Under the pieces are notes generated by a model. That model was not told the origin of the DNA and ran no database searches. It worked only from the letters and a program-made list of their open reading frames with translations. From positions 21,562 through 85,561 of the forward strand of contig JAWKHP010000014.1 in assembly GCA_041394745.1 (NCBI GenBank): a stretch of 64,000 bases of DNA, in the 5' to 3' direction. The stretch comes from Thermoanaerobaculia bacterium (GTDB lineage: Bacteria; Acidobacteriota; Thermoanaerobaculia; Multivoradales; JAHEKO01). This document shows, piece after piece, positions 29,904-41,000 of the stretch. A program made the position numbers and the translations under genes. Position 1 is the first letter of the stretch. Every line of letters starts with the position of its first letter.

Positions 29904-31367
29904 ATGCGGTCCACGATCCGAAGCCCGCACCGGTCGGCGGCGATCCTCATGGCCGGCCTCGCCTCGTGGTCGCTCCCCGGAGCGGCCCAGTGGTCCTCCG
30001 ATCCGGCGGCCAATCTGGTGCTCGCCGACCGCACGGGAGAGCAGGTGCAGCCGAAGGTCGTGCCGACGGCCGACGGCGGCGCCTACGTCTCCTGGTTCGA
30101 CAACGCGACGGGCGGCTACGACGTCACCCTGCAGCGGCTCGACGTCCAGGGCTTCGAGCAGTGGGCGCACGACGGCGTGCTGGTGGCCGACCGGAGCTTC
30201 AGCTCGACGCAGGACTACGGGCTCGCCGTCGACACCGGCGGCAACGCCCTGCTCGCCTACCGGGACGACTCGGGACCGAACGACCAGATCGCCGCCGCCA
30301 AGGTCGACCCCGACGGCACCCTGCTCTGGGGAGCGGGCGGCATCCAGGTGAGCGCGACGACCGGCTTCGTCGCGGCGCCGAAGATCGCCGGGACCTCGGA
30401 CGGCAACGTCGTCGTGGCTTGGACCCAGGACTCGAGCGTGATGGTCCAGCGACTGGACCCGGACGGCGCGCCGCTGTGGAGCCCGGCGGTCGAGATCGCC
30501 CCGTCGAGCGGCTCCTTCTCCCTGTCGGACCTGCACGCCGCCCCCGGCGGTGACGTCGTCCTCTCCTTCGTGCACCAGGTCAGCACGACTCGGCACTTGT
30601 GGGCGCAGAAGCTGGACGCCGACGGCGATCCCCTCTGGGGCGCCGGTCACGTCCAGGTCTACGACGGAGCGGGCTCCCTGCAGTTCGGCAACTTCCCGTC
30701 CTTCGTGCCGGACGGCTCCGGCGGGGCGGTCTTCTCCTGGTACATCACCTCGCCTCTGCAGGTCTTCGCCCAGCGCCTCCTGGCCAACGGCACCGAGGCC
30801 TTCGCGCACAACGGCGTCGCAGGCTCGACGGACGGCGTCCGGCTGCGCGCCTCCCCCACCGTGGCCTTCGATCCCGCAACGCAGGAGGCCTTCCTGTTCT
30901 GGGTGGAGACCGACTCCCTGCAGAGCCAGTTCGGCGTCTGGGGCCAGAAGCTCGACGCCGCCGGCGCGCGTCAGTGGACCGACAGCGGGCGGACCCTCGT
31001 GCCGCTCGGGGCGAGCCAGCCCAGCTTCGTCCAGGCGGCCACCCTCGGCGACGGCGCCGTCGCAGCCTGGATCGACGGCATCGCCTTCGGCAACGCCCCG
31101 ATCCGCGCCTCGCGCCGCGACGGCGCGGGCGACGCCGTCTGGGACCCCGACCCGGTCGCCCTCAAGACCTCGGCCACCGGCTCCTCCCGCCTCGCCGGTG
31201 CCACCAGCAGCGCCGGCTTCGGGATCTACGTCTGGTCCGACGGCACCAGCGACGGCGACATCCTGGCCCAGAACCTGAACCCCGACGGCAGCCTCGGTCC
31301 CGCGTTCCTGTTCACCGACGGCTTCGAGTCCGGCGACACCTCCGCCTGGACCACGGCCGTGCCCTGA
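29904..31367 (+). CDS. Secreted repeat (propeller-like) protein with a C-terminal GFESGD tag.
   Basis: ATG at 29904 within ORF 29820..31367. Signal peptide ...ASWSLPGAAQ. Recurrent DPDG.(L/P)LWG strands. Ends FLFTDGFESGDTSAWTTAVP. Confidence 0.8.
   Translation: MRSTIRSPHRSAAILMAGLASWSLPGAAQWSSDPAANLVLADRTGEQVQPKVVPTADGGAYVSWFDNATGGYDVTLQRLDVQGFEQWAHDGVLVADRSFSSTQDYGLAVDTGGNALLAYRDDSGPNDQIAAAKVDPDGTLLWGAGGIQVSATTGFVAAPKIAGTSDGNVVVAWTQDSSVMVQRLDPDGAPLWSPAVEIAPSSGSFSLSDLHAAPGGDVVLSFVHQVSTTRHLWAQKLDADGDPLWGAGHVQVYDGAGSLQFGNFPSFVPDGSGGAVFSWYITSPLQVFAQRLLANGTEAFAHNGVAGSTDGVRLRASPTVAFDPATQEAFLFWVETDSLQSQFGVWGQKLDAAGARQWTDSGRTLVPLGASQPSFVQAATLGDGAVAAWIDGIAFGNAPIRASRRDGAGDAVWDPDPVALKTSATGSSRLAGATSSAGFGIYVWSDGTSDGDILAQNLNPDGSLGPAFLFTDGFESGDTSAWTTAVP
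31305..31364 (+). other. C-terminal tag copy 3 (FLFTDGFESGDTSAWTTAVP).
   Basis: Last 20 codons before TGA at 31365-31367. Confidence 0.6.
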
Positions 31368-31391
31368 CGAGCCCCCGGGAACGACCGATCC

Positions 31392-33183
31392 TCATGCCTC
31401 CTGCGAGGCGATCCACTCCTCCATCTTGCGGTGCAGCACCTGGAGGGGGAGGGCACCGTCGGTGAGGACGGCGCGGTGGAAGGCCTTGACGTCGAAGCGG
31501 TCGCCCAGACGGCGCTCGGCCTCGGCGCGCAGGCTCGAGATCTCGCGCTGGCCGACCTTGTAGGCCAACGCCTGACCGGGGATCGCGATGTAGCGCTCGA
31601 CCTCCGCCACGACGTCGCTCTCGGCCATCGAGGAGTGCTCCATCATGTAGTCGATCGCCTGCTGGCGGGACCAGCCCTTGGCGTGCATGCCGGTGTCGAC
31701 GACCAGGCGCATGGCCCGGAGCATCTCGTCGGAGAGCCTGCCGTAGTAGCTGTAGGGATCGGTGAACAGACCGAGCTCCTTGCCGAGCGACTCGGAGTAG
31801 AGGGCCCACCCCTCGAAGAAGGCGGTCTCGCCACCGAAGCGGCGGAAGCGCGGCAGCTCCTCGATCTCCTGCGCGATGGAGATCTGGAAGTGGTGGCCGG
31901 GCGAGGCCTCGTGCAGAGAGAGCGTCTCCATGCCGAACTTGGGCTGCGCCTTGAGGTTGTAGGTGTTGACGTAGAAGACGCCGGGGCGGGAGCCGTCGGG
32001 GCTCGCGGGCTGGTAGGAGGCTCCGGCCGCGGACTCCTGCATGAACTCCGGCACCGGGCGCACCTCGTAGTCTGCCTGCGGGAAGATGTCGAACTCTGCG
32101 GCAGCTTCTCGTTGATCCTCGCCTGCAGCGCGCGGTACCCGGCGAGCAGGTCCTCGACGTCGTCGTAGTAGAAGCGGTCCGAGGTCTCGAGCTCGGTGAA
32201 GAACTCGCAGGGTGCCCTCGAAGCCGACCTCGCGCATCACCCTCCATCTCGCCGGTGATGCGAGCGACCTCGTCGAGGCCGAACCGGTGGATCTGGTCCG
32301 GCGTCAGGTCGCTCGTCGTCTGCGTCTTCACCTGGTAGGCGTACCAGGCCTCGCCGTCGGGCAGCGCCGTCAGGGCGATCGTGTCGCGGCAGGCGGGAAT
32401 GTACTCGTCGCGGACGAACTCGTAGAGCCGGCGATAGACCGGCACGAGCTCGTCGCGGATGGCCGCGACGTAGGCCTCCCGCAGCTCGTCGCGGACCTCC
32501 TCGGGGACCTCCTCCGGGAACTCGGCGACCGGCATGTAGAAGACCGACTGCGTCGGGTCGTCGACGATGTGCGCCTCGAGCTGCGGCAGGACCTTCTCCA
32601 TCAACGGCCTCGGCTGCACGACGCCCTTCGCCATCCCCTCGCGCATGTTGGCGATCGCCTGGTCGAAGAGGACGACGGCGTCGGTGATGCGGAGGAGGAA
32701 GTCGCGGTAGTCCTGCTCGGTGTGGAAGGGCTGGACGCTCTGCCCGGAGCCCATCTGGGCGAAGAACGACGGGAAGCTCGAGAACTGATCGAGCGGGATC
32801 AGCTCGCCCGGGAAGCGGGCGCCCTCGAGAGCCATCTCCCGCTCGTAGACGAAGATGTCGTAGGAGAGGCGGTCCTGCCCCGAGAGCCCGTCGCGGTCGA
32901 TCGCCTGGATCGTGTCGAGCCAGCGTCGGTCGAAGGCCTGCTGGTCGGCGATGTACTCGGCGGAGAGGAAGTTCGGGATGTGGCCGTTGTAGCGCGGGTC
33001 GCCGATGAAGGTCCCCAGCAGCGGGTTGCGCTCCATCGACTCCTCGAAATAGCGGTCGAAGAGGTCGTTCATCTCGGCGGCGACCGCCTCCGGATCGGGA
33101 GCGGGCTCCTCGGGGGCCTGGGCGCAGGCGGCGGTGAGGAGCAGGGCGGCGACGACGGGCGCGCTGCGGCGGACGGATCGCAT
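31392..33183 (-). pseudogene. DUF885 family lipoprotein, with three or more indels within ~150 nt.
   Basis: ATG at 33183 follows AGGAG and gives MRSVRRSAPVVAALLLTAC. The N-terminal half is in ORF 31312..33234 and the C-terminal half in ORF 31392..32240 (HEASPGHHFQ motif). Frame changes at ~32235, ~32195 and ~32100. Confidence 0.85.
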
Positions 33184-33296
33184 GGGCGTCTCCTGGGCTT
33201 CGTGGAAAGGGAGGCCCCGACGGGGCCGAAGCACTGTACGGAAAACGGGGCTCCGAGGTTCCGGGCGGCCTCCGAACGGTGGGATAGGGTACCTGG

Positions 33297-35148
33297 ATGA
33301 GCGGTCCGGAAGCCAGGAAGAAGCGTCCCTCGCTGGGGGTGGTGTGGCGCGAGGCCAAGCACCTGCTGTGGGCCCACCGCCGGCGTCTGGCGATCGGCCT
33401 CGGCCTGCTGGTGGTCTCCCGGCTCTCCGGCATGGTGCTGCCGGCCACCACCAAGGTGTTGATCGATCGGGTGATCGGCAACCACGAGGTGGAGCTCCTC
33501 TGGTGGATCGCGGTGGCGGCCGGCGCGGCCACCGTGGTGCAGGCGGCGACGAGCTTCTCGCTCACCGTGCTGCTGGGAGTCGCCGGGCAGCGGGCGATCA
33601 CCGATCTGCGCCTGAAGGTCCAGCGGCACATCAACCGGCTGCCGGTCTCCTACTTCGACGAGCACAAGTCGGGCGAGCTGATCTCGCGCATCATCAACGA
33701 CGCCGAAGGAGTGCGCAACCTCGTCGGCACCGGCTTCGTGCAGCTGACCGGGAGCTTCGTGACGGCGACCGTGGCGCTCGGCGTCCTGCTCTGGCTCAAC
33801 TGGCGGCTCACCCTCCTGACGCTGGTCTTCCTCGGCGTCTTCGGCGCTCTGCTCTTCGTCGGTTTCTCGAGGCTGCGGCCGATCTTCCGCGAGCGCGGCA
33901 AGCTCCTGGCGGACTTGAACGGCCGCCTGTCGGAGAGCCTTCAGGGCGTGCGCGTCGTCAAGGCCTACACCGCCGAGAAGCGGGAGGAGCGCACGTTCGC
34001 CCGCCACGCCCACGTGCTGCTGCGCAACATCGCGCGCTCGATGGTCGGGATGTCGACGATCGGCAGCCTCTCACGGCTCCTCTTCGGCTTCGTCGGCATC
34101 GCCCTCTCGGTGGCCGGGGCACGGGCCGTGCTCGCCGGGCAGATGACCGTCGGCGACATCTTCATGTTCGTCGTCTTCACCGGCTTGCTGGTGACGCCGC
34201 TGGTGCAGGCCTCGAACATCGGCACGCAGATCACCGAGGCCTTCGCCGGGCTCGACCGCATCCGCGAGGTGCTCTCGGTCGAGCCGGAGGACGAGGACCC
34301 GGCGCGGACGGTGCGCCTCGGCGCCGTGCGCGGCGAGGTCGCCTTCGACCGGGTCTCCTTCGAGTACAAGGCCGGCGTGCCGGTGCTCCACGACGTCTCC
34401 TTCGAGAGCCCGGCGGGGACGACGACGGCGCTGGTGGGCTCCTCCGGCGCGGGCAAGAGCACCGTCATCGGCCTGGTGATGGGCTTCCGCAAGCCGACCT
34501 CCGGCCGGGTGCTCGTCGACGGCGTCGATCTCGCCACGGTGCGCCTCAAGGACTACCGCGGCCAGCTGGCCGTGGTCATGCAGGACGACTTCCTCTTCGA
34601 CGGCACGATCGGCGACAACATCGGCTACGGCAAGCCCGGGGCGACGCGTGCGCAGATCGAGGAGGCGGCCGGCTGGCACGCTGCGAGGAGTTCATCGGCG
34701 GCTTCGAGGACGGCTACGACACGGTGATCGGCGAGCGGGGGTCAAGCTCTCCGAGGCCAGCGCCAGCGGGTCTCGATCGCCCGCGCCATGCTGGCGGACC
34801 CGCGCATCTCATCCTCGACGAGGCGACGTCGAGCCTCGACAGCGAGAACGAGGCGTTGATCCAGGAGGCGCTGGCAAGGCTCAAGACCGGTCGCACCTCC
34901 TTCGTCATCGCCCACCGGCTCTCGACCATCCTCTCGGCCGACCAGATCCTGGTCACGGAGGACGGCCGCATCGTCGAGCGCAGCCGCCACGCCGAGCTCT
35001 GGCGCTGGGCGGGCGCTACCGCGAGCTCTACGAGCGCCAGCACCGCTGGGAGGAGAACCTCTTCGTCAACCCCGGCGAGGACTTCACCCCCGAGCCGGTG
35101 CGCGAGAAGGCGGCGGCACGGCCGTCCGGCGGGCTGCCGCGGGACTGA
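33297..35148 (+). pseudogene. ABC exporter, fused permease-ATPase (MsbA-like), with multiple single-base deletions in the ATPase domain.
   Basis: ORF 33297..34727 carries the TMD and Walker A (GSSGAGKST). The signature reads VKLSEASASG where adding one g restores VKLSGGQRQR. Walker B reads ...RISSSTR where adding one c restores RILILDEATS. The tail is in ORF 34648..35148. Confidence 0.85.
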
Positions 35149-35272
35149 GGACGGGTCCGCCGCGGCGAGCACGACCGCCAGGCGGCCGCAGGCCATTCCA
35201 CCGGACGCACGCCCCGCCCGTACCGCGTGAAGCGGCCGGCCCCCGTGCCGGCCGGGGCGGGGGAGCGCAACT

Positions 35273-35299
35273 GTGCAAGCAAAACGCTTGTGCTATCAT
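35273..35299 (+). promoter_or_regulatory. Imperfect inverted repeat plus a TATCAT -10-like box just upstream of the antitoxin ATG.
   Basis: GTGCAAGC-aaaac-GCTTGTGC at 35273-35293, followed by TATCAT at 35294-35299, 6 nt before the ATG at 35306. No Shine-Dalgarno sequence is visible. Confidence 0.3.
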
Positions 35300-35305
35300 C
35301 GCTCC

Positions 35306-35536
35306 ATGAAGGCGGTGCATGTCCGCAACGTCCCGACGGCGGTCGTCGAGGCACTCAAACGGAGAGCCTCTCGCCACGAGCGATCGCTGGAGGGAGAGCT
35401 CCGGCACCTGTTGCGCGAGGTCGCGGAGCTGGAGATGCCTGCGCCCGGTCGCTCGCCGGTCCGGCTCCATCTGTCGGACGCCCCGGACGGCCCTCCGTGG
35501 GACCGCCAGTCGATCTACGGCGATGACGGTCGCTGA
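35306..35536 (+). CDS. Ribbon-helix-helix (FitA/Arc-like) antitoxin.
   Basis: MKAVHVRNVPTAVVEALKRRASRHERSLEGELRHLL is typical of FitA/VapB-type RHH antitoxins. Overlaps the PIN gene by 14 nt. Confidence 0.7.
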   Translation: MKAVHVRNVPTAVVEALKRRASRHERSLEGELRHLLREVAELEMPAPGRSPVRLHLSDAPDGPPWDRQSIYGDDGR

Positions 35537-36005
35537 GCCCTGGACTCCGGAGCTGGGCGGCTCGGTCCTCGTCGACACCAACGTCCTGCTGGCCGCGACC
35601 ACCCCTTCTCGCACGCTCCATCGGATCGCCCGGAGCGTCCTCGACGAGTGGCCCATCCGCGGCGCGCGACTCTGCACCTGTGGCCAGGTGCTCCGCGAGT
35701 ACCTGGTCGTCTCGACCCGCCCGATCGAGGTCAACGGCCTCGGCCTGAGCGCCGAGCTCGCGCTCGAGAACGTCCGCGAGCTCGGCGACCGGATGCTGTT
35801 CCTCGCGGAGGATCACCAGGTAGCGAGACGCCTGCGAGCCCTGGTCGCGAAGCACGACCTCCACGGAAAGAGCATCCACGACGCCAACCTGGCGGCGGTG
35901 GCGGCGGTCCACGGAGTCGATCGCATCGTCACCGCCGACGCGTCCGTCTTCGGCCTCACTCTCCCCGACCTGGAGATCTTCGGACTTCCCGGAACGACGC
36001 CCTGA
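35523..36005 (+). CDS. vapC: PIN-domain toxin (VapC/FitB-like).
   Basis: ATG at 35523 in ORF 35319..36005. Acidic PIN residues are in VLVDTNVLL, ..LAEDH.. and IHDANLAAVA...IVTAD. Confidence 0.8.
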   Translation: MTVAEPWTPELGGSVLVDTNVLLAATTPSRTLHRIARSVLDEWPIRGARLCTCGQVLREYLVVSTRPIEVNGLGLSAELALENVRELGDRMLFLAEDHQVARRLRALVAKHDLHGKSIHDANLAAVAAVHGVDRIVTADASVFGLTLPDLEIFGLPGTTP

Positions 36006-36058
36006 TTGAGTGGGGAGAATCCCCTGCTAGCCTGCCAGGTCTCCTGAGGCCCGCCATC

Positions 36059-37861
36059 GTGTCGACCCGTCGCCGGACCACCGCCGTCGTGTTCTCGATC
36101 GCCGCCCTGGCGCTGGCGGTGCGGTTGGCGTTCGCGACGGCGTTCGCGCGCACGCCGATCGGGGCGTCCATCTTCCTCGATTCGAAGACCTACGACGACC
36201 TCGCGGTGGCGCTGCGGCAGGGGACCGGGGCGGCGCTCGAGCCGTTCTTCGTGGAGCCGCTCTACGGCTACTTTCTGGCGGTGGTCTACGGGATCTTCGG
36301 TCGCGGGCTTTGGCCGGTGCGCGTCCTGCAGGCGCTCGGAGGAGCGCTCTCCTGCGCCCTGATCTTCGATCTCGCCCGCCGCCTCTACGGACGCCGGGCG
36401 GGGATCGTCGCGGGCCTGGCGGCGGCGCTCTACGGGCCGTTCGTCTTCTACGACGCGATGCTGCTCAAGACCTCCGGCGAGGTCCTCTGCGCGACGCTCC
36501 TGCTCTGGCTCCTGCTCCGGGCCACCGAGGAGGACGGCGGCGAGCTGACCTGGGCCGCGGTGGGGCTCCAGCTCGGCCTAGCCGCCACGCTGAAGGCGAA
36601 CTTCCTCGTCCTGGCCCCGGTCGCCCTGGCGGCGCCCTGGCTCGCGGCCGGTGTCGGTCGGCGGCGGCGGATCGCCCGCGCGGCCTGGGTGGCGGGCGGG
36701 ATCGCACTGGCCCTCGCGCCCGTCCTCGTCCGCAACTCGGCCCTCGCCGGCGAGCCGACCTTCCTCACCAGCGGCGCCGGCATGAACTTCTACCAGGGCA
36801 ACCGCGAGGGCACCGACGGAGGGCTCGCCATCCCGCCGTTCATCGGCCTCGACCCCTCACGCGAGCAGGAGGACTCGCTGGCCGAAGCGCGCCGGCGCAC
36901 CGGCGAGCCCGAGCTCACCGCCGCCGAGGCCTCGCGGTTCTGGCTCCGCCGCTCCCTCGACTGGATCCGTTCCCATCCGGTCGACTGGCTGCGCCTGATG
37001 GGGCGCAAGGTGCTCCTCTTCTGGAACCGGTACGAGGCCGCGGACGACTTGAGCTTCCACTACACGCGCCACGCCGTCCCCCTCCTCTGGCTGGCGCCGA
37101 TCGGATTCTGGCTCGTCGCCCCGCTGGGCCTCGCCGGCACCCTGGCCGGCGCGGGAGGCGGGCGGAGGGAGTGGTTGCTGCGGGCGAGCGTCCTGCTGCT
37201 GGCGGCGGGCACCGTGCTCTTCCACGTGGCGGACCGCTACCGGCTCGCCGCGGTTCCAGCGCTGATCGTCCTCGCGGTCGGCTTCGTCCGCCGGACCGTC
37301 CTCGCGTGGACGGGCGGTAGACGCCGGGCGGCCTGCGGGCTCGCCGCGCTGGCGGTCGCCGCTCTTCTGTTCGTGAACGTGCCCGATCTCTATCCGGGCG
37401 GGCAGGACATGGCTCCCTTCGACCGGATCATGGCGCTGGGCTACCGGGAGGGAGGTCGACCGGAGCGGGCGGCGCCGTACGCGACCCGGGCCGCGGAGGC
37501 GTACACGCGCGAGGCCGCCGCCGCGACGGCGCGCGGCGACAGCTACCGGGCCGAGATCTACCTGGTCAACGCGCTCGACGTGCGCCCGGACGATCCGGAC
37601 TCCTGGCGGTTGCTGAGCCGCCTGCGGTTCGACGCGGGCCGCTGGGCCGCGGCCGGGGATGCCGCCGAGCGGGGTCTCGCCACGGCCCCCGACGACCCCG
37701 CCCTCCTCGTCCTGCTGGGCGACGTCCGTGCCCTGGAACACCGCTTCGAGGAGGCCCTCGCCCTCTTCGAACGCGCCCTCGCCGCCGACCCCGGAGCCGA
37801 CGCGATCGAGCGGCGCGTCACAGCGGCGCGGGCGGCGCTCGAATCCCGGCGCCGCCCCTGA
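36059..37861 (+). CDS. GT-C glycosyltransferase (family 39 / ArnT-PMT-like) with C-terminal TPR repeats.
   Basis: GTG at 36059 within ORF 35648..37861. About 10 TM segments and a DSKTYDD loop near the N-terminus. The C-terminal ~170 aa is TPR-like. Confidence 0.8.
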   Translation: MSTRRRTTAVVFSIAALALAVRLAFATAFARTPIGASIFLDSKTYDDLAVALRQGTGAALEPFFVEPLYGYFLAVVYGIFGRGLWPVRVLQALGGALSCALIFDLARRLYGRRAGIVAGLAAALYGPFVFYDAMLLKTSGEVLCATLLLWLLLRATEEDGGELTWAAVGLQLGLAATLKANFLVLAPVALAAPWLAAGVGRRRRIARAAWVAGGIALALAPVLVRNSALAGEPTFLTSGAGMNFYQGNREGTDGGLAIPPFIGLDPSREQEDSLAEARRRTGEPELTAAEASRFWLRRSLDWIRSHPVDWLRLMGRKVLLFWNRYEAADDLSFHYTRHAVPLLWLAPIGFWLVAPLGLAGTLAGAGGGRREWLLRASVLLLAAGTVLFHVADRYRLAAVPALIVLAVGFVRRTVLAWTGGRRRAACGLAALAVAALLFVNVPDLYPGGQDMAPFDRIMALGYREGGRPERAAPYATRAAEAYTREAAAATARGDSYRAEIYLVNALDVRPDDPDSWRLLSRLRFDAGRWAAAGDAAERGLATAPDDPALLVLLGDVRALEHRFEEALALFERALAADPGADAIERRVTAARAALESRRRP

Positions 37862-38059
37862 CGGCGTGTGTCGTCCCGACCGCAGGGAGCCACCTTCGGC
37901 TCCATTCCTCGTCCCCCAGGTCCGGGTGCAGATTCTCGCCGGCTGAACCTTCCTGCGCCCGTCGCGTATCCTGTAGGTCATCTGTCCAGAGGTCTCCCCG
38001 CGACGCCGGCCGGCGCCCCGGGGAGAGGCTCGGTCCACGTCCACGGGACGGGGTCGCTG

Positions 38060-41000
38060 ATGAGCGCTCGGGAGCTTGCGGGCGTGACGCTCGGTGTCGT
38101 GCTGGTTGCGGGGGCCGTCCGGGCCGCCGAGGAGGCGAAGGAGGAAGGGAAGCTCACGGCCGGCACGTTCGCGGGCCTCGAGCTGCGCGGGATCGGGCCC
38201 GCTCTCATGTCGGGCCGCATCGCCGACGTCGCCATCGCGCCGGACGACCGCAATACCTGGTACGTCGGCGTCGGCTCGGGCGGCGTCTGGAAGACGGTGA
38301 ACGCCGGGACCACCTGGGAGCCGATCTTCGACGGTCAGGGCTCCTACTCGATCGGCGAGGTCACCCTCGATCCCTCCGACTCCTCGACCGTCTGGGTGGG
38401 AACCGGCGAGAACGTGGGCGGCCGCCACGTCGGCTTCGGTGACGGCGTCTACGTCAGCCGCAACGGCGGTGCCTCGTGGGAGAACAAGGGCCTCCCGCAG
38501 TCCGAGCACATCGGCTCCATCGTCGTCGACCCGCGGGACTCGAACGTCGTCTTCGTGGCAGCCCAGGGACCGCTCTGGGCCAAGGGCGGCGAGCGGGGCG
38601 TCTACAAGACGACCGACGGCGGCGCCACCTGGAGGAAGGTGCTCGGCGAGGGCGACTACGTCGGCGCCAACGAGGTCGTCATGGACCCGCGGCACCCGGA
38701 CGTCCTCTACGCCGCCCTCCACGAGCGCTTCCGCACCGTCGCGGCGCTGATCGACGGCGGCCCGGGCTCGGGCATCTGGAAGTCGACCGACGGCGGCGAG
38801 AGCTGGCGCGAGCTGACCCAGGGCCTGCCCACCGAGGACATGGGGAAGATCGGCCTGGCCGTCTCGCCCTTCGACTCCGACGTCGTCTACGCCACCATCG
38901 AGCTCGCCCATCGCAAGGGCGGCTTCTACCGCTCGACCGACGGCGGCGAGAGCTGGGAGAAGCGCAACGACTACCTCTCCGGCGGCACCGGGCCGCACTA
39001 CTACCAGGAGATCTTCGCCAGCCCCCACGCCTTCGATCGGGTCTACCAGATGGACGCGCCCCTCCATGAGACGCAGGACGGCGGCACGACCTTCGCCCCG
39101 GTGGACGAGGAGTTCAAGCACGGCGACAACCACGCCATGGCCTTCGTCGCGGACGACCCGGACTACCTGCTGGTGGGCTGCGACGGGGGTCTCTACGAGA
39201 GCTTCGACCTGGGCGCCACCTGGAAGTTCGTCTCCAACCTGCCGGTGACCCAGTTCTACAAGGTGGCGGTCGACTACGACGAGCCCTTCTACCACCTCGT
39301 CGGCGGCACGCAGGACAACAGCACGCAGTACGGACCCTCGCGCACCGACAGCCGGCAGGGCATTCGCAACGCCGACTGGTCGCTGACGCTCTTCGCCGAC
39401 GGTCACCAGCCGGCGATCGACTACTCGAACCCGAACATCATCTACTCCGAGTTCCAGGAGGGGAACCCGTTCCGCTACGACCGGGCGACCGGCGAGATGG
39501 TCTACATCCGGCCGCAACCGGAGCCGGACGACCCGCCGGAGCGCTTCAACTGGGACTCGCCGATCCTCATCAGCCCGCACGACCCGGCGCGCATCTACTA
39601 CGCCAGCCAGAGGCTCTGGCGTTCCGACGACCGCGGCGACAGCTGGACGCCGATCTCGGGCGACCTGACGCGGAACCTCGATCGGATGACGATGCCGATG
39701 ATGGACGACCGCGTGTGAAGCGCCGACGCGGTGTGGGATCTGTGGGCGATGTCCCGCTTCTCCACTCTGACCTCGATCTCCGAGTCCCCGGTCGTGGCGG
39801 GGCTGCTCTACACCGGCTCCGACGACGGCCTCGTCCACGTCAGCGACGACGGCGGCGCCACCTGGCGGCAGGCGGCCCGGCCGCCGGGCGTGTCCGAACG
39901 CTTCTTCGTCAACGACGTCAAGGCCGACCTCCACGATCCCGACACCGTCTACCTGGCCGGGGACGATCACAAGATCGGCGACTTCTCGCCCCACCTGTTC
40001 CAGAGCACCGACCGCGGCGCGAGCTGGCGCTCGATCGCCTCGAACCTGCCCGATCGGCACCTCGTGTGGCGGCTCGTACAGGATCCCGTGAAGCCGGAGC
40101 TGCTCTTCGTCGGTACCGAGTTCGGGATCTACTTCACCGTCGACGGCGGCGGCAGGTGGATCGAGCTCACCGGCGGCGCGCCGACGATCCCCTTCCGCGA
40201 CCTGGCGATCCAGACGCGGGAGAACGATCTGGTCGGCGCCTCCTTCGGGCGCGGCTTCTGGATCCTCGACGACTACACGCCTCTGCGCCACGTCGACGAG
40301 CGGGCGCTGGCGAGCGAGGCGCTCCTCTTCCCGGTGCGCACTGCGCGCTGGTACATCGAGCGGCGCACGCTCGGTTTCGAGACGAAGGCCTCGCAGGGCA
40401 ACGCCTACTTCACGGCGCCCAACCCCCCGTTCGGCGCCATCGTGACCTACTACCTCGCGGACGGCTACAAGAGCGCCGGGGACCGGCGGCGGGAGACGGA
40501 GAAGGAGCGCGCCGAGGCGGGCGAGGACAACCCCTCCCCCGGGTGGGACGCACTCGAGGAGGAGGCCCGCGAGGAGGCCCCCGCGATCGTGCTGACGGTT
40601 CGCGACGCGGCCGGCGAGGTCGTCCGTCGCCTCGAGGGTCCGGCCGGCCCCGGCTTCCACCGCGTGGCCTGGGACCTGCGCTACGCGCCGACCGACGCCC
40701 AGACGCCCGAGTTCGATCCCGAGTTCTCCTTCGGCCGCCCGGCCGGGCCGGGCACCTACTCGGTCGGCCTGGCCAAGCGCGTCGGCGGTGAGCTGACCGA
40801 CCTCGGTCTCTCCGAGTCCTTCGAGGTCGTGGACATCGCCGAGGGCACCCTGGCGGGCGACGACGCGGCCTCCCGCGCCTTCCGGCGGGAGCTCGACGAG
40901 GCCAACCGCGTGGCCGACGGCATCGGCAACCTCCTCGGGGCGACCGGGGAGAGGCTCGCCGGGCTGAAGGCCGCGCTCCTGCGCTCGACCACGACCGAGC

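Noticed and set aside
39716-39718. TGA read as Trp (alternative genetic code) or as selenocysteine.
   Set aside because: Many well-supported genes in this window terminate at TGA (for example 2524-2526, 35146-35148 and 41327-41329). No SECIS-like hairpin is evident. A point mutation or base error is simpler.
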